Source: an uncultured bacterium (GTDB taxonomy: Bacteria > B130-G9). From it: a stretch of DNA of 20,000 nt. Location of the stretch: the NCBI GenBank assembly GCA_965372715.1, contig CBDVDH010000012.1, positions 53,223 to 73,222 of the forward strand, read 5' to 3'. This document shows positions 1 through 8,319 of this stretch, one piece after another (position 1 is the first letter of the stretch; every line of letters starts with the position of its first letter). Under the pieces are notes generated by a model. It had not been told where the DNA came from and did not search any database. It worked only from the letters and a program-made list of their open reading frames with translations. A program made the position numbers and the translations under genes.

Positions 1-317
1 AGCCAGTCAACGCCGCGGTGGGAGTAGAATCTCGAGTCCTCCACAGCGATGATCGCCTGCAGCATCATCTCTGGTATCTCATCAATAGAGGTCCATATTC
101 GCCGCTCGATGTAGAATTCGTGGACCTTTTGTCCTTTGTCATCGAAGACTAGAGACGCGAGGCTTGGCCGGAAGTCGTCGAGAACCTCTATTGACGGGAG
201 GCCAGACGCAAGTTTGTGATACACGAACACGGCAGCGCCGCCCGAGACAAGGGCAAAAAGGACGATGAGCCAAACAATGACCCTAATGAGACGTCTACCT
301 CTTCTGGCCTTGATCAT
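1..317 (-). CDS. mrcA: Class A penicillin-binding protein (PBP1A family, transglycosylase/transpeptidase), 5' part only, truncated by the window edge
   Basis: Manual translation from the ATG at 317: MIKARRGRRLIRVIVWLIVLFALVSGGAAVFVYHKLASGLPSIEVLDDFRPSLASLVFDDKGQKVHEFYIERRIWTSIDEIPEMMLQAIIAVEDSRFYSHRGVDW. It has a basic N-terminus, a single TM helix and GT51 motif 1 (EDxRFYxHxG). It starts 2 nt after the mreC stop. Confidence 0.9.
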   Translation of the reverse strand, partial: MIKARRGRRLIRVIVWLIVLFALVSGGAAVFVYHKLASGLPSIEVLDDFRPSLASLVFDDKGQKVHEFYIERRIWTSIDEIPEMMLQAIIAVEDSRFYSHRGVDW

Positions 318-319
318 TG

Positions 320-1174
320 CTACCATTGTTGATCTTTGATCTGTTCAAGTTCATCCTTTCGCTCCGCCACGAGCGCGAGCAGCTCCTCCAGTTGTTGAAC
401 GTTTACGAAGGCGCAGACCTTCGCGGTTTTCGTCAACGCCCCCTTTTTCTTAACAACCGAGCGGACAGTTCCGACCCTCAGGCCCCGTGGGAAAACCCCG
501 CCGAACCCGGAAGTGAGCAGCGTGTCCCCTGGCCTGATGTCCGCTCCTGCATCGATATAGACCATCTCGCACAGATTGCTGCCGGTTCCCTGGAGTATCC
601 CCGGCGCTCTCGATCGCTGAACGAGCACCGCAACGCTGGACCTAGCGTCTGTCAGCAGCTGAACCCGTGCCGTATGTCTCGAAATCTTAACGATCTTGCC
701 CACAACTCCGTCGTACGTGATGATGGGCATGTTCCGGCTGAGACCATCGTCGGACCCACGATCAACGAATACGCTGCTAAAGAGCCTTGAAGCATCGACA
801 CCTATGACTGAACAGAGCAGCGACTCAAAGCGCCTTGACTCACTGAGGTTCACGATTTTTCTTAAGCGCCTGTTTTGTATCGCTGCTTCCATTAGGCTGG
901 CCTTTTGCGCCTCGAGCCTCGACATGTCCCTTCTGAGTCTCACGTTTTCCTTGTTGGTGTTGACGAGGCAGAAGTAGGTTTCAAGGGTTTCGCCGATGAA
1001 GTTGCACATCGTTGTGCAAGCCAATTGCACAGGGGCGAAGGCGGCCATGACGGCCCTTTCGATAACGAGCGTCTGGTCCGGGTTACGGATGTCCAACGAC
1101 ATCAGATAGACAGATGACGCAACATAGCAGACGAGCAACATGAAGGTTCGGTGCCTTCTGGCGAAAGCAGCCAT
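320..1174 (-). CDS. mreC: Rod shape-determining protein MreC
   Basis: N-terminal TM helix, coiled coil (ENVRLRRDM...QNRRLRK), DRGSDDG..NMPII..DGVVGKI, GDTLLTSGFGGVFPRGLRVG; immediately downstream of mreB. Confidence 0.95.
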   Translation of the reverse strand: MAAFARRHRTFMLLVCYVASSVYLMSLDIRNPDQTLVIERAVMAAFAPVQLACTTMCNFIGETLETYFCLVNTNKENVRLRRDMSRLEAQKASLMEAAIQNRRLRKIVNLSESRRFESLLCSVIGVDASRLFSSVFVDRGSDDGLSRNMPIITYDGVVGKIVKISRHTARVQLLTDARSSVAVLVQRSRAPGILQGTGSNLCEMVYIDAGADIRPGDTLLTSGFGGVFPRGLRVGTVRSVVKKKGALTKTAKVCAFVNVQQLEELLALVAERKDELEQIKDQQW

Positions 1175-1195
1175 ATCTTGTTCCCAGCCTGCCGG

Positions 1196-2236
1196 CTACC
1201 TGGACATTGATGCGACCTTGCGCAGAAGGTCAAGATCGTTCAGCATCCGGCCCGCCCCGAGCGCGACGCATGTGAGCGGGTCCTCACATATCTTGATAGG
1301 AAGTCCCGTCTCGTCCTTTAGCCGTAGGTCGAGGTTCCTCAACAGCGATCCGCCGCCCGAAATTGTCAAACCTCGCTCGGCTATGTCGCCCGAAAGCTCC
1401 GGAGGCGTTTTCTCAAGAGCCTGCCTTATCAGATGGACAATCGAGTCCACCGCATCCTTCAGCGCCTCCCTTATCTCGTCGTCGGTCACGGTAATCCGTT
1501 TTGGGACCCCCCTTATTATGTCTCGTCCCATGATCTCGACCGAAAGCGGCTTCTGAAGCGGATAGGCGGAGCCCACCTGGATCTTGACGTTCTCGGCCAT
1601 TCGCTGCCCGATCAAGAGGTTGTGTTTCTTTTTTATGTATTGCTGGACGCACTCGTCCATCTTGTCGCCGCCAAGTCGCAATGACTGCTTGAAGACCATT
1701 CCCGCGAGCGATATAACCGCGACTTCGGTCGTTCCGCCGCCGATATCGACGATCATGCTGCCCATTGGCTCGTCAATAGGCAGTCCGGACCCGATAGCAG
1801 CCGCCATTGGCTCCTCGACAAGATAGACCTCCGCCGCGCCGGCCTTTACTGCTGACTCTATGACCGCTTTCCGCTCAACTTGAGTGATACCAGATGGGAC
1901 GGCCACGATTATCCGCGGCCTAATGAACGGTCTTGAAATCGCGCCGCCCCCGTGGACCTCGCTAATGAAGTGGCGCAGCATTTTCTCTGTTATGTCGAAA
2001 TCAGATATGACGCCATCTTGCAGCGGTCTTATGGCTAGAATGTTCTGAGGTGTTCTGCCGACCATGCGCCTAGCATCTTTGCCCACGGCGAGCACCTTTC
2101 TTGTATCAGTCTGTATCGCTACGATGGACGGCTCGCTGAGCACTATTCCGCGATTCTTCATGTAGATGAGGCTGTTGGCCGTGCCCAGGTCTATTGCGAG
2201 GTCGTTTGAAAAGAAAGAGAAAAGCCACTGAAACAT
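1196..2236 (-). CDS. mreB: Rod shape-determining protein MreB (actin-like ATPase)
   Basis: Motifs DLAIDLGTAN, EPMAAAIG, DIGGGTTEVAVISL, TPPEL, GGGSLL; GGAGGT RBS upstream (acctcc on + at 2244-2249). Confidence 0.98.
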   Translation of the reverse strand: MFQWLFSFFSNDLAIDLGTANSLIYMKNRGIVLSEPSIVAIQTDTRKVLAVGKDARRMVGRTPQNILAIRPLQDGVISDFDITEKMLRHFISEVHGGGAISRPFIRPRIIVAVPSGITQVERKAVIESAVKAGAAEVYLVEEPMAAAIGSGLPIDEPMGSMIVDIGGGTTEVAVISLAGMVFKQSLRLGGDKMDECVQQYIKKKHNLLIGQRMAENVKIQVGSAYPLQKPLSVEIMGRDIIRGVPKRITVTDDEIREALKDAVDSIVHLIRQALEKTPPELSGDIAERGLTISGGGSLLRNLDLRLKDETGLPIKICEDPLTCVALGAGRMLNDLDLLRKVASMSR

Positions 2237-2323
2237 CTATATTACCTCCGCGTCCTGTCCGGTTGATCGGGCAGGAGCCTTAGTGCTAAAATCCTATTCA
2301 AGTCGAACGAAGTCTCACTATCT

Positions 2324-2352
2324 AAACTAAGCGTGGGCACGCACACTGTCAA
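2324..2352 (-). promoter_or_regulatory. Putative sigma70 promoter of the mreB-mreC-PBP operon
   Basis: Minus strand reads TTGACA (2352-2347), a 17-nt spacer, then TAGTTT (2329-2324). Confidence 0.6.
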
Positions 2353-2532
2353 GATAATTGGCGCGTCAGTTTCCGTAACCGGGCTGCATTGTATAGTTGG
2401 GACTCCAAGGTGGAAGGCCGGATGAATGCCACATAATTGGTCAGAGGGAATGTCGGGAGGCGGGACGAAGAGTGTTCTCTGTGTTGTGTTTTGGCAGGCA
2501 GGTCTTGTGATTGACGAGGGGCAGGTGTTTCA

Positions 2533-3390
2533 ATGAACCTAGTAAGAGCGATGCTTTTCGGCACTGTCCAGGGTCTGACCGAGTTCTTGCCGGTCAGTTC
2601 CTCAGGCCATCTAGCCGTCTTTCACCGGCTCTTTGGCGCAAGGGCGGAGACAATGGTTCCGATGGGCGTGATTGCTCACGTCGGAACGCTTCTTGCTGTC
2701 CTCATCTACTTTCGCAGAGACCTCGCGATGTTCGCACGAGCGCTATCCCCCAACGCACTATCAAGCCCGATACGCAAGCCGTCGCTCCTGTTCGCCTCAA
2801 CGGCGGACCAGGACGAGGAGAGTCGCGGTTGGTATCAGCGGGTGCTTGCGATGATCGCAATTGGCACGATTCCGGCTGCAATCGTGGGGCTTGTGTTCAA
2901 AGACGCGATTGAGCACGCCTTTTCGAGCATCAACCTAGTGGGCGCGATGTTCCTTGTTACCGCCGTCGTGCTTTTCCTGACGAGGCTATCGGGCCAGGGC
3001 AAGAAGACCGTCTGGCACTTCTGGCTTTTTGGTGCGCTCTTCATCGGGGTGGCTCAAGCTGTGGCGATAACGCCAGGCATCTCGCGCTCGGGCGCCACGA
3101 TCGCCGCCGCCTTATTCTTGGGCTTCAGGCGAGAATTCGCGGCCAGGTTCTCATTCCTGTTATCCATACCGGCCATAGCGGGGGCTTTCTTGCTCAAACT
3201 CGACGAGATCGCCCAGATGTTCAGCACTCAAGGCGCCTCGGAGACTGCGCTGGTATTCTTGTCGGCCTTTGGGGTCGGATACGCCTCAATAGCGGTCCTT
3301 CTGCGCGTCGTCGGCCGAGGCAAACTTCATCTGTTCGGCTTCTACTGCCTTGCCGCCGGGCTCGTCGCCCTGTTTGCCGTCGGCGCTTAG
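2533..3390 (+). CDS. uppP: Undecaprenyl-diphosphate phosphatase UppP/BacA
   Basis: Signature motifs VQGLTEFLPVSSSGH, PGISRSGATI and FSFLLSIPAI; polytopic hydrophobic profile. Confidence 0.96.
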   Translation: MNLVRAMLFGTVQGLTEFLPVSSSGHLAVFHRLFGARAETMVPMGVIAHVGTLLAVLIYFRRDLAMFARALSPNALSSPIRKPSLLFASTADQDEESRGWYQRVLAMIAIGTIPAAIVGLVFKDAIEHAFSSINLVGAMFLVTAVVLFLTRLSGQGKKTVWHFWLFGALFIGVAQAVAITPGISRSGATIAAALFLGFRREFAARFSFLLSIPAIAGAFLLKLDEIAQMFSTQGASETALVFLSAFGVGYASIAVLLRVVGRGKLHLFGFYCLAAGLVALFAVGA

Positions 3391-3756
3391 CCCGAATAAT
3401 CCAAGGCCGTGACTTCCGTCTGTGTGTGGCGGGCTTTCCGAGGCTGGGTCATAAGTCGTTGCGGTTGTGTAGGGGCGTGGTCTGAAGACCCGCCCTTTCG
3501 AATTGATGGTCGCATAAGATGCCTCGTATCCGCAGGGATTGATGTAGGCGGGCGGGTCTGAGACACCGCCGCTACAGGCCGATTCCGACAATCGCGTCGC
3601 ATAAGAGAACCGCCGCGTTGATCTTGACAATCGGTCGCATTTCCTGTGTCGTTGTTGTCTGAATGGGCAACGAAATCCTCGCCAATTGAATTATGACCCA
3701 GGCTGGAAAGCCTGCCCCACATCTGATCGCATCGGGGGTTTGTGAATGGTTTGCGC
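3390..3756. mobile_element. Non-autonomous nested inverted-repeat element (MITE/REPIN composite), copy 1, 367 bp, flanked by TA on both sides
   Basis: Colinear with 9348-9713 along its whole length. Degenerate outer ends GCCCGAATAAT.../...GAATGGTTTGCGC, middle IR at 3423-3458 / ~3686-3721, inner GTAG-type REP pair at 3469-3496 / 3550-3575. No transposase ORF. Confidence 0.8.
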
Positions 3757-5135
3757 TAGATTAACTTGCCCCTGAGTTCCTGGAGAGCTTGTTTCGACGA
3801 AGCTGCGGCCTGGGCTCTGATGTTCGGTCTTGCGGCTATTTTCGGGAAGTCCTGTTTGAGGAGAAGGTCGATCTCGCCTCGGTTGAACTCCTCATGCTTC
3901 AGGATCATCTGAAGCGATTCGGGGGCGATTTGACCTGATAGAGCCAGCTCGAGACACCTTAGCGCGTTGAAATACCCATGAACGTTGCTCACGCCCTCGC
4001 AGAAGAGAGCGATCGCCTGCTCGGTCTTGCCCGGTTGATAAAGGAGCTCGTCGAGGTCCTTCAGCGAGATCATGGCGCGGACGAGCTCGCTGAGCGCGCT
4101 TTTGCAGTTACCCGCGCCACCGGAGAAGTCAGCGGTCAGGAAGGTTACGAAATCGGTCTCGACCGTGAACATCAGTCTGGACAGGATGCCGGAGAAGTAT
4201 CGCACGCGTTGGCCGAGCGACTGCGCAACGAGCGCCTGAAACGGTTCGAAGTATGAGAGCGAAATGAAGCTCTCTCTTGAGCCTGATCTCGTGCTGATTC
4301 TGCTTCTGAGTCTCGCCTTGTGGAGGCCGAGTTCGAGCTGCGTGTCGATCATGTCCTGGAACTTTACGACGTTCAACGTTTCTGCCCCCTCGCCCTTGAC
4401 ACCCTCTTTGTAGGGCTTCAACAGGGCGCTCATCACCGGTTCATTCAGCGTTTGTACGTGCGTTGTTTTTGCTCTGCGCCCATTTGCCAGCAGCTCGTCG
4501 AGGTCAACCAGATTCAGCACATTATCGTTTCCGAGGGCGAACGTCCTTGAAGCGCCCATTCCCCTTGCTCTATGGAAAAATGCGTCTTCACCTCTCTGGT
4601 GAAGATATCGCACGACCTCGTTCAGGCTTCTGAGCTTCGATGCCAGACCTTCGTCTCGTGGGTTCTGGAGCGATTTCGCGACGTCGGGTCTGATCTCGGT
4701 CAAGAGTCCCAGCGCCCTCTTGTGTTGCGAGAAATACATCACATCGTCGCACAAGTTGAACAGCAGGACTCGCTTGAGGAACCAGAAGTGAGAGAGGAAT
4801 CTTTCCTTGATACTTGTGAGAGTGGTTCTTATCTCGGTGGCGTCCGTCTGGCTGACCCTAGCATAGGATTCTATCAGGGCATCGATACTGGTCATGCACG
4901 AGAGCAGTCGCCTGCTGAGCTTGTCGCAGATAACTTGGAGGTTATGCTTCTTGCTGCAACGGTGGGTAATGTTCTCGACGCTAAATGGCTCGTTGCCCCG
5001 AACGGCGACCTGGGTCATCTTGGAGAACATCTTACCGAGCTCGCTCAAACTCCTGACCGCTTTCCTATTGGCCTCTATGAACTGGCTGTATCGCTGGACG
5101 AGGCGCTTCAGCTCATTGCTTCTCTCACCTGCCAC
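3756..5135 (-). CDS. Uncharacterised 459-aa protein, translationally coupled to the PPDK-like gene; resembles from memory the non-catalytic N- and C-terminal domains of Desulfobacterota-type PEP-synthase-like proteins
   Basis: Long ORF with a GTG start preceded by GAGG, overlapping the upstream gene by 11 nt. Segments RYSQFIEANRKAVRSLSEL, SLNEVVRYLHQRGEDAFF, LNLVDLD, LELGLHKA, RVRYFSGILSRLMFTVE and LKDLDELL. The confidence refers to it being a real gene; the family resemblance is a tentative recollection. Confidence 0.8.
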   Translation of the reverse strand: MAGERSNELKRLVQRYSQFIEANRKAVRSLSELGKMFSKMTQVAVRGNEPFSVENITHRCSKKHNLQVICDKLSRRLLSCMTSIDALIESYARVSQTDATEIRTTLTSIKERFLSHFWFLKRVLLFNLCDDVMYFSQHKRALGLLTEIRPDVAKSLQNPRDEGLASKLRSLNEVVRYLHQRGEDAFFHRARGMGASRTFALGNDNVLNLVDLDELLANGRRAKTTHVQTLNEPVMSALLKPYKEGVKGEGAETLNVVKFQDMIDTQLELGLHKARLRSRISTRSGSRESFISLSYFEPFQALVAQSLGQRVRYFSGILSRLMFTVETDFVTFLTADFSGGAGNCKSALSELVRAMISLKDLDELLYQPGKTEQAIALFCEGVSNVHGYFNALRCLELALSGQIAPESLQMILKHEEFNRGEIDLLLKQDFPKIAARPNIRAQAAASSKQALQELRGKLI

Positions 5136-7938
5136 TGTCGAGCCTCGTCTTTTTTACCTTCGCCGCGATCAGTTTTGCGACCGGGACCATGATCGGCGGG
5201 CAGCATATCTCCGTGATGCCAAGATCGAGCAGTCTCTCGAGGCTATACTCGTTTGAGCAGTGTGTCCCTGCGACGAGTATTCGTATGTTCGGGTTGACGC
5301 GTTTGGCGGCCTCAACGGCATGTCCGACCAATCTCTCGGTACTTTTCTGGATAACCCTGAACGGGTCGCCATAGAACCAGCCCCGGTCGACGTATTCGCC
5401 CAGAAACTCCTCCGCGTCCTCTCTCACGAGATGGTGCGTCGAGGTGGTGAGCTTGTCGGACCTGATCACGATAAGGTTGGTGTGGCAAGCGATCTTGTCC
5501 ATCTCGAATGCGATTCCGCTGATCTCGACAACCGGGACCACCTCGTAGTTGAGGTCAGCTGCGCCGCAGTCAGCCGCAATCCTATCGGCAAGTTCCTGCA
5601 CATAGAGCAGTTCCCCCACGACGGATATGTAGGGAACCAGTATCTCGACGCGCATCTCCTTGTCTTCGGCCCGCATCTTCCGCATGGCGCTCAATATCGC
5701 CTTGATCTCCGTTTCATATACCTGCGGAAGCGTCGTTGCCAGCCGGACCCCTCGTCTGCCCAGTATCGGGTTGTAGTCCTCCTGCCGCCTTTTCTGTTTT
5801 CTGATCGTTCTCACCATTCTCTCGACCTGGTCGCTTTGCAGGCCAACGTCGCCGTTGCTTGAGCCGTCGCTTACCCTGTTCTTCAGGATGTACTTGGCGA
5901 GGTTGATGACGTCAGAGCGTTCCTTGGGGAAGTATTCATACATCGTGTGTTTGCAGAGCCTGATCGCCATGTAGTTCTCATCGATGGTCCGGAATATGCG
6001 CAGGAAGTCCTTCTCTAACAGGGCGTGAAGTTGCTCGCGAGCTCGCGGTTCGTTGGGCGTGCCGACGCTCAGGACATAGTCGCAAAGCGCGAAGTTGACT
6101 CGTTTCTTGAAGAACAGGAGGTCTGTGCGGAAATTGGCCACGCCGTCCGCGCCGAGCCTCTTGGCCGTCGCGTATGTCTCGTGGTCTTCCGCCTGCGCAT
6201 AGACCTTTATGTTGCTGTAATCCTTGACGAGTTCGCAGAAACGCAGCGTGAGCGGGTCCTTGACGCCCGAGACGCGGACCTCCATCCGGTCCCCATATAT
6301 CAGGCCTCGCTGCGCGTCGATAGAAATCGTATCGCCTTCCCTCAGGAGGCCGGGGCGCATTCCATCGCCTCCATACCTGACAGTGCCGGCTACTGGGTCG
6401 ATCGTAACCGATGCCTTCACAATGCTCGGTCTGCCGAGGTATCGCGCGTTGAGCGTCGCGTGCGACAGGACGTTTTTTTGAGACGAAACGATCCCATCCA
6501 CGACTTCCAGCACAGGCATGTGGGACAGCCGCAGCCTGTCGCAGCAGAAAATAACCGGCTCGTTCTTAGACTTGAATTGCCTCACTTTACCGATGTCGAA
6601 GCAGATCCTGCCGGTTGCGTAACCGGGCACGAGGGGGCTGCCCTTCCCAATTGGCTTCATTGAGCCGGGCGGGCCGGATGTTACGGCCGCCGAAAGCGCC
6701 TGCTCAAGCTGCCTCGGGTCTGTTCTGGCGATAACGTCCGCATCGGACACGATTCCCTCCTCAATCATGTCCAGCTGCGCCCGCAGGAAAGCGGCCGGCG
6801 CCATTTTGGCTGGTCTTGCTTGAAGAACGTAGAGCTTGCCGGACTCAAGCGTGAACTCGATGTCCTGAACGTAGCCGGAGTCGAGCTCCAGCCTACGGGC
6901 GATCTCGGTAAGCCTCTCGCAGACTCCCGGATGTGTCGATTGGAGGTCCTTGACCGCGCCCTCCTCGCCGAGGTCCCGAACGACATCGTCGCCCTGAGAT
7001 TGCACGATGATCTGCCCAAACAGCCGCGTGTTGCCCGGCGTTCCGGCCGGTTGACCGGTTGATGGATTCCGGCTGAAGACAACGCCGCTGCCAGATTCGG
7101 CGTCGAGGTTCCCGAAGACCATTCTCTGAACGGCTACTGCTGTCTTCAAGGGTTCCTGGATGTAGTTGATGCGCATGAACTCCCGCACCTGCCTTGTTCT
7201 AGCCGAGAGTATCACAGCCATAATGCAGGCCTTCAACGCTTGCCACGGGTCGTCCGGTACCTGACTGATTGTGAGGTATCGGTCGATGAGGTCCGCGAGA
7301 CTTCCTGCCTGAGAGAGCTTCTGGGCTTCTAGGATGGCCCTGAAACGACTCCTGCCCGTCCCAAGAACAGCACTGCCAAAGCCCTCGATGAACCTTCGGA
7401 AACAATCCAAGAGAAGGATGCGTCGTTCGTCCGAATGACTGAGGCGCTCGAGCATATTCCTTGTGAGGCCAACGTTGCAGACGGTCTCCATGAGGCCCGG
7501 CAGCGATACAGTTCCACCTGATCTAACCGAGACAAGGAGGGGGCAGTCTATGTCCCCGAACAGCCTTTCGGTTCTCTCCTCGAGCCAATGGATGCCCTCT
7601 TTGACTGCTTCCCACAGGCCGTCAGGGAGGAGGAGCTGCTCGATTATTTCACCCGGCGGCGTGTCGGCCCGGTCTATCCCGGAAAGGACCTCCTCGTTTA
7701 GCTTGTTGAACTCCTCGGTCGCCGAGGTTCCGACAATGAAACCCTCTGGACAAGGCATGCCGAGCTCGCATAGCCGCAGCAGGCCGCCGCCCTTTACGCC
7801 CAGGCAGGCGATTCGGAGCCTCTCGTCGCTCTCTAGCGATCCCCCGAGCATGCCCTTGTAGAACCTCAAAACATCAGGAGCGCTCGTCTTCTCTGTCATT
7901 TGTCGCCAAAGGTCCTCATTCGGGTCAGGACTCTTCAC
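5125..7938 (-). CDS. Divergent pyruvate phosphate dikinase (PPDK)-like protein with a degenerate PEP/pyruvate site
   Basis: ATP-grasp motifs GVKG, PLLVSVRSG, PGLMETVCNVGL, VQRMVFGN, SGSGVVFSRNPSTG, QGDDVV, QDIEFTLESGKLYVLQAR; His-swivel SHATLNAR; C-terminal barrel with NPILGRRGVRL. Start uncertain (GTG 7938 or ATG 7899). Confidence 0.9.
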   Translation of the reverse strand: MKSPDPNEDLWRQMTEKTSAPDVLRFYKGMLGGSLESDERLRIACLGVKGGGLLRLCELGMPCPEGFIVGTSATEEFNKLNEEVLSGIDRADTPPGEIIEQLLLPDGLWEAVKEGIHWLEERTERLFGDIDCPLLVSVRSGGTVSLPGLMETVCNVGLTRNMLERLSHSDERRILLLDCFRRFIEGFGSAVLGTGRSRFRAILEAQKLSQAGSLADLIDRYLTISQVPDDPWQALKACIMAVILSARTRQVREFMRINYIQEPLKTAVAVQRMVFGNLDAESGSGVVFSRNPSTGQPAGTPGNTRLFGQIIVQSQGDDVVRDLGEEGAVKDLQSTHPGVCERLTEIARRLELDSGYVQDIEFTLESGKLYVLQARPAKMAPAAFLRAQLDMIEEGIVSDADVIARTDPRQLEQALSAAVTSGPPGSMKPIGKGSPLVPGYATGRICFDIGKVRQFKSKNEPVIFCCDRLRLSHMPVLEVVDGIVSSQKNVLSHATLNARYLGRPSIVKASVTIDPVAGTVRYGGDGMRPGLLREGDTISIDAQRGLIYGDRMEVRVSGVKDPLTLRFCELVKDYSNIKVYAQAEDHETYATAKRLGADGVANFRTDLLFFKKRVNFALCDYVLSVGTPNEPRAREQLHALLEKDFLRIFRTIDENYMAIRLCKHTMYEYFPKERSDVINLAKYILKNRVSDGSSNGDVGLQSDQVERMVRTIRKQKRRQEDYNPILGRRGVRLATTLPQVYETEIKAILSAMRKMRAEDKEMRVEILVPYISVVGELLYVQELADRIAADCGAADLNYEVVPVVEISGIAFEMDKIACHTNLIVIRSDKLTTSTHHLVREDAEEFLGEYVDRGWFYGDPFRVIQKSTERLVGHAVEAAKRVNPNIRILVAGTHCSNEYSLERLLDLGITEICCPPIMVPVAKLIAAKVKKTRLDSGR

Positions 7939-8084
7939 AAGAACGAGGCGTGTGCCGCCTCACTGCTAGGATCAAAACAAAGCCGGAGCATTTGGTCAAC
8001 CTGTCAACCTTGAGGTGCTTCTAATCTCGCGTCGAAACTGTCTTACCTCAATAATCACATCGACGGAGGCTGGTTCTGTCTTTT

Positions 8085-8255
8085 TGGACTGCGGCGGCTT
8101 GACGCCGCTTTGATTGGTGGTGGCTTGACACCACCCTCTGATACATCCCCCTTCGACTCAAGAGGCAGCGACTGAACGAATGGACCGTTGCTGATCAGAG
8201 CGGACGCCGCGTCAAGCCGCGGGCAGCGAAAGCGGCGTCAAGCCGCCGCACTCCA
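8085..8255. repeat. REP/REPIN-like doubled palindrome pair
   Basis: TGGACTGCGGCGGCTTGACGCCGCTTT (8085-8111) pairs with AAAGCGGCGTCAAGCCGCCGCACTCCA (8229-8255). A degenerate inner pair GGTGGTGGCTTGACACCACC (8116-8135) / CGCCGCGTCAAGCCGCGG (~8205-8222) lies between them. Confidence 0.85.
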
Positions 8256-8282
8256 CAATCACCCAACGGGTTAAGTCTTCGC

Positions 8283-8311
8283 TTGACCGCGGCATCTGCG
8301 TTTGCTAAGCC
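8283..8311 (+). promoter_or_regulatory. Putative sigma70 promoter, possibly driving a leaderless transcript of the hydrolase
   Basis: TTGACC (8283-8288), a 17-nt spacer ending in TGC, then TAAGCC (8306-8311). The ATG is at 8320 with no SD sequence. Confidence 0.35.
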
Positions 8312-8319
8312 TGTTGGCT

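Noticed and set aside
3286-3722. Minus-strand ORFs 3286-3630 and 3387-3722, and similar ORFs 9456-9677, 9333-9518 and 12559-12780 sharing peptides such as GGVSDPP and GRVFRPRPY
   Set aside because: The shared peptides are translations of the non-coding repeat, and reading frames and lengths are not conserved between copies.
4572-6663. Long + strand ORFs 4572-5192, 5260-5862 and 6025-6663 (likewise 11321-12058, 12851-13531 and minus-strand 16180-16872)
   Set aside because: They are antisense shadows of well-supported genes in GC-rich DNA and carry no recognisable motifs.
5125-7938. Calling this gene canonical ppdK, or a pseudogene
   Set aside because: The pyruvate-site GTND and catalytic Cys are substituted, so the ppdK symbol is not justified. 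The ORF is intact and full length with conserved ATP and His motifs, so it is not evidently a pseudogene.
7971-8007. Two TTGAC hexamers on the minus strand upstream of the PPDK-like gene
   Set aside because: Neither has a convincing -10 box at 16-18 nt spacing, so no promoter is called.
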